5,866 nucleotides of DNA, from positions 1-5,866 of the IMG/VR virus record IMGVR_UViG_2660237951_000003; one strand, given 5' to 3'. Numbering within the stretch: position 1 is the stretch's first letter; each line of letters opens with the position of its first letter. Below are positions 1 through 5,848 of this stretch, piece by piece. The notes under the pieces are model-generated. The model had not been told where the DNA came from. It was given only the letters and a program-made list of their open reading frames with translations, and searched no databases. The DNA is from a virus. Its lineage: Duplodnaviria; Heunggongvirae; Uroviricota; Caudoviricetes. The position numbers and the translations under genes are program-made.

Positions 1-36
1 AAAAACCATCTTGTTAAATCGGTTCTTTAATATCTC

Positions 37-63
37 ACCCGGCCACCGCGCCGGGTTTTCTTT
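37..63 (+). terminator. Rho-independent terminator ending a transcript that enters from upstream of the window
   Basis: Perfect 7-bp stem ACCCGGC (37-43) / GCCGGGT (50-56), 6-nt loop, then TTTTCTTT. Its position corresponds to a terminator between an immunity region and pL. Confidence 0.6.
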
Positions 64-239
64 GCCTCTCGATCCCCCACCTAAAAAACATAACTCATTG
101 TATTTATTGAAAAACTGATTGATACAACTTGCTAAACCACGCAATCCAGATCTCCCTCAAATCTCTTTATTTATCCTGTCGAATTCCTACAACAAAATAA
201 AACACCATAAGAATCAATACGATATTTGAAAATCAAAAG

Positions 240-285
240 AATTTATCATTTTGCTATTGCCATTAATTTATCATTCCGATAAAGT
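240..285 (+). promoter_or_regulatory. Candidate operator/promoter region (pL/OL-like)
   Basis: Direct repeat AATTTATCATT at 240-250 and 265-275. The second copy lies in a 17-bp dyad TTTATC-attcc-GATAAA (267-283). Possible sigma70 elements TTGCCA (257-262) and TAAAGT (280-285) with 17-bp spacing. AT-rich context about 70 nt upstream of the boxB hairpin. Confidence 0.3.
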
Positions 286-353
286 TTGCCCATCAGCAGG
301 ACGCACTACTCACCAGGGCGGTGAATATACAACGATTCGAATATGAATCTACG

Positions 354-368
354 GCGCTGACAAAGCGC
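354..368 (+). promoter_or_regulatory. boxB-like RNA hairpin (nutL-type N-utilisation site)
   Basis: GCGCT-GACAA-AGCGC, a 5-bp GC stem with a GACAA pentaloop. From memory this is identical to the boxB RNA used with the P22 N peptide. It sits in the leader about 260 nt upstream of the N-like gene. No clear boxA (CGCTCTTTA-like) is seen next to it. Confidence 0.55.
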
Positions 369-629
369 AATAACCAAAGTGAACTTTGGGGTGTGGTGAA
401 GCCAGCTAGTCACTGGCAAGTGCTTACCTACTGTTGAGCGGTGAAGCGCTCCCAACGCTAGCAATAGCGTGGACGAGATGGGGAGCCGCGGGCGATAAGG
501 CCGCCATAACGCGCACGTTGTCGCATGGAAAAATCACTGGGGTGCCGGTTATACCCCTCCGAATGAGACTCAACAAGCTGGAGCTAGACTACCAGCCACC
601 ACACCACCAAAGTTCATCAGGAGGTCTAT

Positions 630-1013
630 ATGACACGCAGAACTCAGTTCAAAGGCAATTCACGTTCTCGTCGTCGTGAGCGTTTAAAGGCAAAGGCATT
701 AGCTAACGGCGTACTGGCCCGCGAAGAAGCAATAAGTTCAGAAGTATTACACCGCCCTACTCTAAGCAGAGCGCAGATTCAGGCTAAAGGTACTCACGAA
801 ACGCCTGAGCGCATAGAAGACGCTAAGCCAATTAAGTTCATGGCACAGGACGTGATCTGGCAACAGAAAGAATACAGACGCAATCTGGAGCGAGCGGCCA
901 TTGTGTACGCGAATGAGTTTGGACATAAGCAACCAGAAACTGGTGTATGTCTTCCAAACGTAGCCATTTACGCGGCAGGCTACCGGAAATCAAAACAACT
1001 GACAGCGAGGTAA
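630..1013 (+). CDS. N-like transcription antitermination protein (P22 gp24 / lambda N family)
   Basis: ATG at 630 with AGGAGG (619-624) at 5-nt spacing. N-terminal arginine-rich motif GNSRSRRRERLKAKALANG resembles the N-protein ARMs (lambda TRRRERRAEKQAQWKAAN; P22 GNAKTRRHERRRKLAIER, both from memory). Size of 127 aa and position just downstream of a boxB hairpin fit. Confidence 0.6.
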   Translation: MTRRTQFKGNSRSRRRERLKAKALANGVLAREEAISSEVLHRPTLSRAQIQAKGTHETPERIEDAKPIKFMAQDVIWQQKEYRRNLERAAIVYANEFGHKQPETGVCLPNVAIYAAGYRKSKQLTAR

Positions 1014-1241
1014 GTGGTGAATCAGACATACATTCCATCATGCTTGAGAAATCTGCCAAAGCAGAAAGCAAAGCCCCGCAAGCAAGCCATAAAGGACGCT
1101 AAGGCAGAGGTTATTGATCAAGCAATACAATTGCTCAGGAAGGAGTTAAGAAGTGGCAAGCTCGAAGGAATGATGATGCCCTATCAGCGCGGATATCTAT
1201 CGGCGATTAGTAAGTTGGAAGTATTGAAGAGTGAATTATGA
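1014..1241 (+). CDS. Hypothetical small lysine-rich protein (75 aa); start is GTG 1014 or 1017
   Basis: ORF abuts the N-like stop (TAA 1011-1013 then GTGGTG). GAGG at 1007-1010 gives poor spacing, so translational coupling is likely. No recognisable family. Confidence 0.45.
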   Translation: MVNQTYIPSCLRNLPKQKAKPRKQAIKDAKAEVIDQAIQLLRKELRSGKLEGMMMPYQRGYLSAISKLEVLKSEL

Positions 1242-1302
1242 ACTATCTGAATTTCCGGATGGTTCATTGTTTTGGCAGCAAACCACTTATTTGAGGTGAA
1301 AT

Positions 1303-1746
1303 ATGAGTACTAATGGATGGTATTACCTGCATCAAAATGGTGATCTTATTTATAAGCCATCACCAGATGCAATTATTGATATTCGTGATTCTGATTTAGC
1401 GGTTTGCTCATGGCCATTAGATGTTAGCAGCCGTAAAACTGCATGGGACATTCTGGTTGAGTCCATGGCTCTTGGTGCCAACAAAGAGCGCGTTAATGAG
1501 CTGGCTAGCAAATGGAATTGCAATGATGATGACGCTGATAAATATGCAGAGGTCGTTGGCGTGACAATCGAGTTAGATGGAAACGTTTGGTGTGCACACG
1601 CTCATAATTTTGTTGATTTACAGGAATCTCCTGCTGGATTCGGCAATACCAAGCTTGAGGCGATGGCTTCTCTTGCTGAGCAACTTGGTTTATCAGGCGG
1701 CCACATGTGGAGAAGTTCATTTTCTGATTTGGTTGAGGCCGCATAG
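1303..1746 (+). CDS. Hypothetical acidic protein (147 aa)
   Basis: ATG 1303 preceded by GAGGTGA (1293-1299). By my count about 23 Asp+Glu against 10 Lys+Arg, including an NCNDDDADKY patch. The stop lies in the loop of an intrinsic terminator. Confidence 0.65.
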   Translation: MSTNGWYYLHQNGDLIYKPSPDAIIDIRDSDLAVCSWPLDVSSRKTAWDILVESMALGANKERVNELASKWNCNDDDADKYAEVVGVTIELDGNVWCAHAHNFVDLQESPAGFGNTKLEAMASLAEQLGLSGGHMWRSSFSDLVEAA

Positions 1747-1760
1747 TCGGCCTTTATTTT
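1736..1760 (+). terminator. Rho-independent terminator directly after the 147-aa ORF
   Basis: Stem GGCCG (1737-1741) / CGGCC (1748-1752), loop CATAGT containing the TAG stop, then TTTATTTTT. Confidence 0.6.
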
Positions 1761-1790
1761 TGGCATAAACAACAGAATAAACACTGCACT

Positions 1791-1818
1791 GTGTATTCAT
1801 TCCAACGAGTGAATACAC
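1791..1818. repeat. Perfect 9-bp inverted repeat GTGTATTCA-n10-TGAATACAC
   Basis: Arms at 1791-1799 and 1810-1818 with a 10-nt spacer, in the intergenic space between two terminators. Could be an RNA hairpin or a dimeric protein-binding site. Confidence 0.5.
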
Positions 1819-1880
1819 GGAGCAATGTCGCTCGTAACTAAACAGGAGCCGACTTGTTCTGATTATTGGAAATCTTCTTT

Positions 1881-1906
1881 GCCCTCCAATGTGAGGGCCT
1901 TTTTAT
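1881..1906 (+). terminator. Second rho-independent terminator
   Basis: Stem GCCCTC (1881-1886) / GAGGGC (1893-1898), 6-nt loop, then CTTTTTATAT. Confidence 0.55.
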
Positions 1907-1919
1907 ATGCATACCAATA

Positions 1920-1940
1920 ACGCTTCACTCGAGGCGTTTT
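1920..1940 (+). terminator. Third terminator-like hairpin (weaker), 30 nt upstream of the cIII-like start
   Basis: Stem CGCTTC (1921-1926) / GAGGCG (1931-1936) with one G-U pair, loop ACTC, then TTTTCGTT. It could instead be an mRNA structure affecting translation of the downstream gene. Confidence 0.35.
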
Positions 1941-1970
1941 CGTTATGCAATCAAACAGAAGGAGCATCCT

Positions 1971-2141
1971 ATGCAACAGTTCGCTATTGCAGGGGCGGCA
2001 TCGGTTCGCCCTTTCAACCCGATTTTATCGGTACAGCATTCACGAAAAAATATTTTAACCGGAGCAGACTTTAAACAACCAAGAATGAAAAGTTTGCTCG
2101 AAAAGCTTTGGGATATTTTGAAACAACAAGGCCGTCCATGA
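1971..2141 (+). CDS. cIII-like small protein (56 aa)
   Basis: ATG 1971 with AGAAGGAG (1957-1964) at 6-nt spacing. The longer TTG-start ORF from 1866 would span a terminator hairpin and is rejected. N-terminus MQQFAIAGA and C-terminal SLLEKLWDILKQQGRP resemble lambda cIII (MQYAIAGW...SLLERITRKL...LIDILNQPGVP, from memory). Position before the recombination genes matches lambda. Confidence 0.45.
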   Translation: MQQFAIAGAASVRPFNPILSVQHSRKNILTGADFKQPRMKSLLEKLWDILKQQGRP

Positions 2142-2296
2142 GTTTTACGGATAACTGGTCAGACGAAGAATTCATTCGTCAGATGAAAGAATTAATCGGT
2201 AACGAAGGAGATATTCATGTCACTTGCAACCACAGTGAAGGAGAGCAAGTTACAGAGACGCATGTACACGCAGAAAGCTCTCTGGTATCGCCATAA
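2138..2296 (+). CDS. Hypothetical small acidic protein (52 aa), translationally coupled to the cIII-like gene
   Basis: ATG 2138 overlaps the TGA of the upstream gene (ATGA). About 11 acidic against 2 basic residues. It occupies the position kil holds in lambda, but no sequence identification is possible. Confidence 0.45.
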   Translation: MSFTDNWSDEEFIRQMKELIGNEGDIHVTCNHSEGEQVTETHVHAESSLVSP

Positions 2297-2395
2297 TGGT
2301 GACCGCGAAGGAATGCGGGTATGCCTTAATTTGTCCCGAGTCGAAGTATTAAACCAGCGTTATTTCCTTGGGCCATGTCCATTCTGAGGTGAATT

Positions 2396-3103
2396 ATGGA
2401 TTTGAATAAATTCGATGAGCCATTCAGCCCTGAAGATATCGAATGGCGAATACAGCAAAGCGGTAAAACACGCGATGGCAAAGTGTGGGCTATGGTGCTG
2501 GCTTATGTCACGAACCGGGCAATCATGAAACGCCTGGACGATGTTTGCGGCAAAGCAGGATGGCGCAATGAATACCGCGATATTCCCAACAACGGCGGCG
2601 TTGAATGCGGCATATCAATAAAGATTGATTCCGAATGGGTAACCAAATGGGATGCTGCTGAAAACACGCAGGTAGAAGCCGTCAAAGGTGGTCGTTCCGG
2701 TGCAATGAAGCGCGCTGCCGTTCAGTGGGGAATCGGTCGGTATCTGTATAACCTTGAGGAAGGTTTCGCACAAACATCTCTCGATAAAAAGCAGGGGTGG
2801 TACAGGGCAAAACTGAAGGATGGAACAGGATTTTACTGGCTCCCTCCATCGCTTCCGGGGTGGGCAATCCCAGCATCAGATAACAAACCATCACCAGAAA
2901 ATACCAACCAGAAATCTCCATCGGTTGACTGCGAACAAATCCTGAAAGACTTCAGCGATTATGCATCAACAGAAACTGACAAGAAAAAACTCATCGAGCG
3001 TTATCAGCGTGACTGGCAATTAATGGCTGGCAACGAGGAGGCGCAGGCTAAATGCGTTCAGGTAATGAACATCAGAGTTAACGAACTAAAACAGGCGGCA
3101 TAA
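2396..3103 (+). CDS. Rad52-like (Rad52/22 / Sak family) single-strand annealing protein with a distinct C-terminal domain
   Basis: ATG 2396 with GAGGTGA (2386-2392). The core motif EAVKGGRSGAMKRAAVQWGIGRYLYN matches the Rad52-family signature (EAV...KRA...G.G..LY), with GKAGWRNEY upstream. A Pro/Ser-rich linker (PPSLPGWAIPASDNKPSPENTNQKSPS) precedes a charged C-terminal domain of about 70 aa. The stop abuts the SSB start (TAAATG). Confidence 0.7.
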   Translation: MDLNKFDEPFSPEDIEWRIQQSGKTRDGKVWAMVLAYVTNRAIMKRLDDVCGKAGWRNEYRDIPNNGGVECGISIKIDSEWVTKWDAAENTQVEAVKGGRSGAMKRAAVQWGIGRYLYNLEEGFAQTSLDKKQGWYRAKLKDGTGFYWLPPSLPGWAIPASDNKPSPENTNQKSPSVDCEQILKDFSDYASTETDKKKLIERYQRDWQLMAGNEEAQAKCVQVMNIRVNELKQAA

Positions 3104-3610
3104 ATGGCAAGCAGAGGCGTAAATAAGGTGATTATCCTTGGTCGGGTAGGACAAGACCCGGAAGTTCGATACTCACCATCAGGAACAGCGTTCGCTAACC
3201 TGACAATAGCCACGTCAGAACAATGGCGAGATAAAAATACTGGCGAGCAAAAGGAATTGACTGAATGGCATCGTGTTGCTGTATCCGGGAAACTGGCTGA
3301 GGTCGTGGGGCAGTATGTGAAAAAAGGTGATCAGATTTATTTCGAGGGAATGCTGAGAACCAGAAAGTGGAAAGACCAGTCAGGGCAAGACCGTTACACA
3401 ACCGAGGTTCATGTCGGAATTAATGGTGTGATGCAAATGCTTGGCGGCATTGGCGACAGCAAACAACAAGCAGCCAGCAGGCAATCACAGAAGCCACAGC
3501 AGCAATCATCACCAGCACAACACAACGAACCTCCGATGGATTTTGACGACGATATACCCTTTGCACCAGTAACTCTCCCCTTCCCTCGTCACGCTATTCA
3601 CGCAATTTAA
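3104..3610 (+). CDS. ssb: Single-stranded DNA-binding protein (SSB), phage-encoded, with a 15-residue extension after the DDDIPF motif
   Basis: N-terminal OB fold is close to E. coli SSB ([18 protein letters not shown]...EWHRV...GQDRYTTEV). Short Gln-rich linker, then [11 protein letters not shown] followed by [15 protein letters not shown] before the TAA at 3608-3610. Confidence 0.9.
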   Translation: MASRGVNKVIILGRVGQDPEVRYSPSGTAFANLTIATSEQWRDKNTGEQKELTEWHRVAVSGKLAEVVGQYVKKGDQIYFEGMLRTRKWKDQSGQDRYTTEVHVGINGVMQMLGGIGDSKQQAASRQSQKPQQQSSPAQHNEPPMDFDDDIPFAPVTLPFPRHAIHAI

Positions 3611-3623
3611 TCAGGAGAAAATC

Positions 3624-3920
3624 ATGCCAGCGCCTCAGTATGGTGCGGATGACCCGCGCCGCTGTTCCGGCAATTCCGTATCGGAGGTGCTGGATAAATT
3701 CAGGAAAAACTACGACCAGATAATGTCTCTACCGCAGGAAACGAAAGATGAAAAGGAATTTCGCCATTGTATATGGCTTGCAGAGAAAGAAGAACGCGAG
3801 CGAATTTACCAGACATCAATCCGACCATTCCGCAAAGCCACATATACCCACTTCCCTGAATATATCGACCAGCGCCTGCGTAATTACCGCTCACGCTATG
3901 GCGCTATCAGTAATGACTGA
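3624..3920 (+). CDS. Hypothetical protein (98 aa)
   Basis: ATG 3624 with AGGAG (3613-3617) at 6-nt spacing. Charged and helical in its C-terminal half. No recognised family. Confidence 0.6.
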   Translation: MPAPQYGADDPRRCSGNSVSEVLDKFRKNYDQIMSLPQETKDEKEFRHCIWLAEKEERERIYQTSIRPFRKATYTHFPEYIDQRLRNYRSRYGAISND

Positions 3921-3930
3921 GGAATTTACC

Positions 3931-4098
3931 ATGAGAGGACTTGCATACAATCCCGGCATTCTTCCGGCAGAAATGATTATTCGCCAACGCGTAAGGCCAA
4001 TGCCATCGAGAGAGGAATTGCTTAAGAGAAATAGTTTCGGTTCTGTTAACGACAACAAATATCTGAATGCGATGTGGCGCAAAGGAGGCAACCAGTGA
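3931..4098 (+). CDS. Hypothetical small protein (55 aa); alternative start ATG 3913
   Basis: ATG 3931 preceded by GAGGAA (3919-3924). The in-frame ATG at 3913 has no Shine-Dalgarno sequence. The stop overlaps the next gene's GTG (GTGA). Confidence 0.45.
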   Translation: MRGLAYNPGILPAEMIIRQRVRPMPSREELLKRNSFGSVNDNKYLNAMWRKGGNQ

Positions 4099-4349
4099 GT
4101 AATTCAGCACGACTACAGCTTGGTTTTTCACCGCTATCAAAAACTATCATGCTGGCAAAAATGCGCGATGTTGAAGGTGGACGTATGCGCGTTGGCAATG
4201 ATCCAGGTCGTGATGTTACCAATGAGGCTGCTCAATTGGTGTGGCGACTGGTCATGGCTGAAGGTGGTGAGATCGCGTGGGAGCTGGATGATGGTTCTCG
4301 CATGGTGTTGAAGGCAGAAAAGCAGGAGGCAACCAGTGAGCAAGATTGA
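4095..4349 (+). CDS. Hypothetical protein (85 aa, GTG start)
   Basis: GTG 4095 with AAGGAGG (4082-4088) at 6-nt spacing. The ORF-track start at 4074 is also GTG but has no Shine-Dalgarno sequence. No recognised family. Confidence 0.5.
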   Translation: MSNSARLQLGFSPLSKTIMLAKMRDVEGGRMRVGNDPGRDVTNEAAQLVWRLVMAEGGEIAWELDDGSRMVLKAEKQEATSEQD

Positions 4350-4713
4350 CTATCAGGCACTGCGTGAAATCGCAGCGGCAGCAGTTGGCGCACATGAGCG
4401 CCTTAGTGTTATGCCGCCTGATGACATTTTCGATATCTCACTGGCAGAAGGAACTCAGCTTGATGCAGATATCACTGCCTTGAACGCGCTGAACTCCGCA
4501 GCCAGTCCAGCTACCGTGCTGGCGCTACTGGATGAACTGGAAGCCGCAGAGAAGCGAATCGCTGAACTGGAAGCGAAGCTCGATAGCGCAGATAAATTGC
4601 AAGATAGCGCATTTCGTCATGGTCTTCAGCATGGCTTCAGTTTAGGTCAAACGGATAATCAGGCTGGATTTGAAGAGTGCTTATCTGCCTATGGCACCGG
4701 TAAAGGAGAGTGA
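4336..4713 (+). CDS. Ea22-like (ead/Ea22-family) coiled-coil protein (125 aa, GTG start)
   Basis: GTG 4336 with AGGAGG (4324-4329). N-terminal [13 protein letters not shown] and the heptad-like LALLDELEAAEKRIAELEAKL segment resemble prophage Ea22-like proteins as I remember them. It lies downstream of the recombination genes, as ea22 does in lambda. Confidence 0.45.
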   Translation: MSKIDYQALREIAAAAVGAHERLSVMPPDDIFDISLAEGTQLDADITALNALNSAASPATVLALLDELEAAEKRIAELEAKLDSADKLQDSAFRHGLQHGFSLGQTDNQAGFEECLSAYGTGKGE

Positions 4714-4715
4714 AT

Positions 4716-4988
4716 GTGAAAAATTATCTCAGCAATTTAGCCAGCATGCTTCAGGGGATTGCAGGTGTCATTTCAGACGGCGAGCGGGTGCAGAAAGAGT
4801 GCCCTGCGCACTTAAAGTCAGCACTACTCGAGGCTTCTCACGCGCTAGATGGTCAATCGGTCAGGGTCAATTATCCGCCTAATGGAAAGCCTGAAATTGT
4901 TAATGCCCGCGGACACCATCGACCGCTTACCTTCCGGGAACGAGTGGCAATCCGCTTACTTGGTGGCAGGACGGAGATTCGCCCATGA
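4716..4988 (+). CDS. Hypothetical protein (about 90 aa; start GTG 4716, alternative GTG 4710)
   Basis: AAAGGAGAG (4701-4709) precedes GTG 4716 at good spacing. The stop overlaps the next ATG (ATGA at 4985-4988). Confidence 0.5.
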   Translation: MKNYLSNLASMLQGIAGVISDGERVQKECPAHLKSALLEASHALDGQSVRVNYPPNGKPEIVNARGHHRPLTFRERVAIRLLGGRTEIRP

Positions 4989-5791
4989 GCACTATTACCA
5001 AAGAACTGGCAAAGCTGTTCAGAAAAATTACGAATTCTGAAATTGATGCGGAGGGAAACGCTCATGTTGTTTTATCTCCTGCTGATAGCCTCCTGATTAA
5101 TAATGCGCGTATCGCGCTGGCATCGCTCGAAGCGGAGCCTGTGGCGTGGGCGCACAGATTAATCAACAAGCGTAACGGAGTCGTTCACCCTTGGGTTTAC
5201 GGTAGCGCAGAGGCGTGTCCAAGCGAGGGGGATATCTTCAATATTGAGGTAATGCCGCTCTACACCGTCCCTCCAGCGCCGGTATCTGTGCCCGCTGCGA
5301 TGGAAATGGATGATGACTTTGACAGCGCGTTTGAACACGGAAAAGCTGTCGGCTGGAACGCCTATCGCGCCGCCATGCTTCAGGCCGATGGTACCCTCAC
5401 CAATGAAGGTACCATGCAGTTGTCCGGTAATTCCGAACAAATCGAACCCGTAAGTAATCGTGATGAGTTGCCGTTGGACTATCTGCAAGGTCACAAAGAC
5501 GGCCTTGAATGGGCGGCGCAACTGGCAGAGGCCAATCATCCGCAAACAGGTGACTGGTTATACGACGACCCAATCGATCTTGCCAGGGCGATTCGCAAAG
5601 GTCCGGATATGCCTACTGTTCAGGCTGGCAACTCTCCGGTAACTCCGGATGGTTGGGTTATGGTGCCGAAGGAGCCAACTCAGGCCATGATTAAAGCGTG
5701 GCTATCAGAGATTGCTAACTTTCGCGGTCATGCTGCTGGTTACAGGGCTGCTCTTGAGGCAGCACCGCAGCAGGAGGTTAACCGTGGCTAA
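4985..5791 (+). CDS. Hypothetical prophage protein (268 aa), possibly a modular Ea22-region protein
   Basis: ATG 4985 coupled to the upstream gene. Contains an acidic patch (AAMEMDDDFDSAFEHG) and a C-terminal segment DGWVMVPKEPTQAMIKAWLSEIANFRGHAAGYRAALEAA. No confident family assignment. Confidence 0.6.
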   Translation: MSTITKELAKLFRKITNSEIDAEGNAHVVLSPADSLLINNARIALASLEAEPVAWAHRLINKRNGVVHPWVYGSAEACPSEGDIFNIEVMPLYTVPPAPVSVPAAMEMDDDFDSAFEHGKAVGWNAYRAAMLQADGTLTNEGTMQLSGNSEQIEPVSNRDELPLDYLQGHKDGLEWAAQLAEANHPQTGDWLYDDPIDLARAIRKGPDMPTVQAGNSPVTPDGWVMVPKEPTQAMIKAWLSEIANFRGHAAGYRAALEAAPQQEVNRG

Positions 5792-5823
5792 CCTGCAACT
5801 TGCCGTCAAAGGTGAATAACAAT

Positions 5824-5848
5824 CCTCGCACTCGCGGGGATTTCTTTT
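5824..5848 (+). terminator. Terminator-like hairpin after the last gene
   Basis: Stem CCTCGC (5824-5829) / GCGGGG (5834-5839) with one G-U pair, loop ACTC, then ATTTCTTTT. Confidence 0.4.

Noticed and set aside
20-29. GGTTCTTTAA as a boxA-like element
   Set aside because: It lies upstream of the terminator and about 325 nt from the boxB hairpin, too far to form a nut site with it; probably a chance match.
1-100. Possible tRNA 3' end or attachment-site core at the left edge
   Set aside because: No cloverleaf, T-arm (GGTTCGAATCC-like) or CCA-end pattern can be built. The GC hairpin plus T-run is better explained as an intrinsic terminator.
434-679. 81-aa + strand ORF in the leader upstream of the N-like gene
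   Set aside because: It begins with TTG and has no Shine-Dalgarno sequence, lies in the structured leader, and overlaps the well-supported ATG 630 start in another frame. The internal ATGs at 476, 534 and 573 also lack ribosome-binding sites. Treated as non-coding leader.
838-1071. Minus-strand ORF of 77 aa, and likewise the other minus-strand ORFs in the track (1505-1744, 1602-1784, 2503-2685, 2682-2921, 3195-3401, 3700-3894, 3891-4091, 3907-4140, 4137-4343, 4871-5065, 5159-5545)
   Set aside because: Each lies entirely antisense to a well-supported + strand gene, has no convincing start or Shine-Dalgarno sequence, and breaks the co-directional operon organisation. Most likely shadow ORFs.
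1577-1768. Alternative-frame + strand ORFs (also 4120-4311, 4670-4882, 4849-5040, 5460-5642, 3748-3930)
   Set aside because: They overlap better-supported genes in other frames and lack their own ribosome-binding sites. The 3748 frame is accepted only from its ATG at 3931.
1866-1970. N-terminal extension of the cIII-like ORF from a TTG at 1866
   Set aside because: The extension would be translated across two terminator hairpins (1881-1906, 1920-1940) and has no Shine-Dalgarno sequence, whereas the in-frame ATG at 1971 has a strong AGAAGGAG.
2108-2137. TTG start for the small acidic ORF
   Set aside because: The in-frame ATG at 2138 forms a classic ATGA overlap with the upstream stop, so the shorter coupled gene is preferred.
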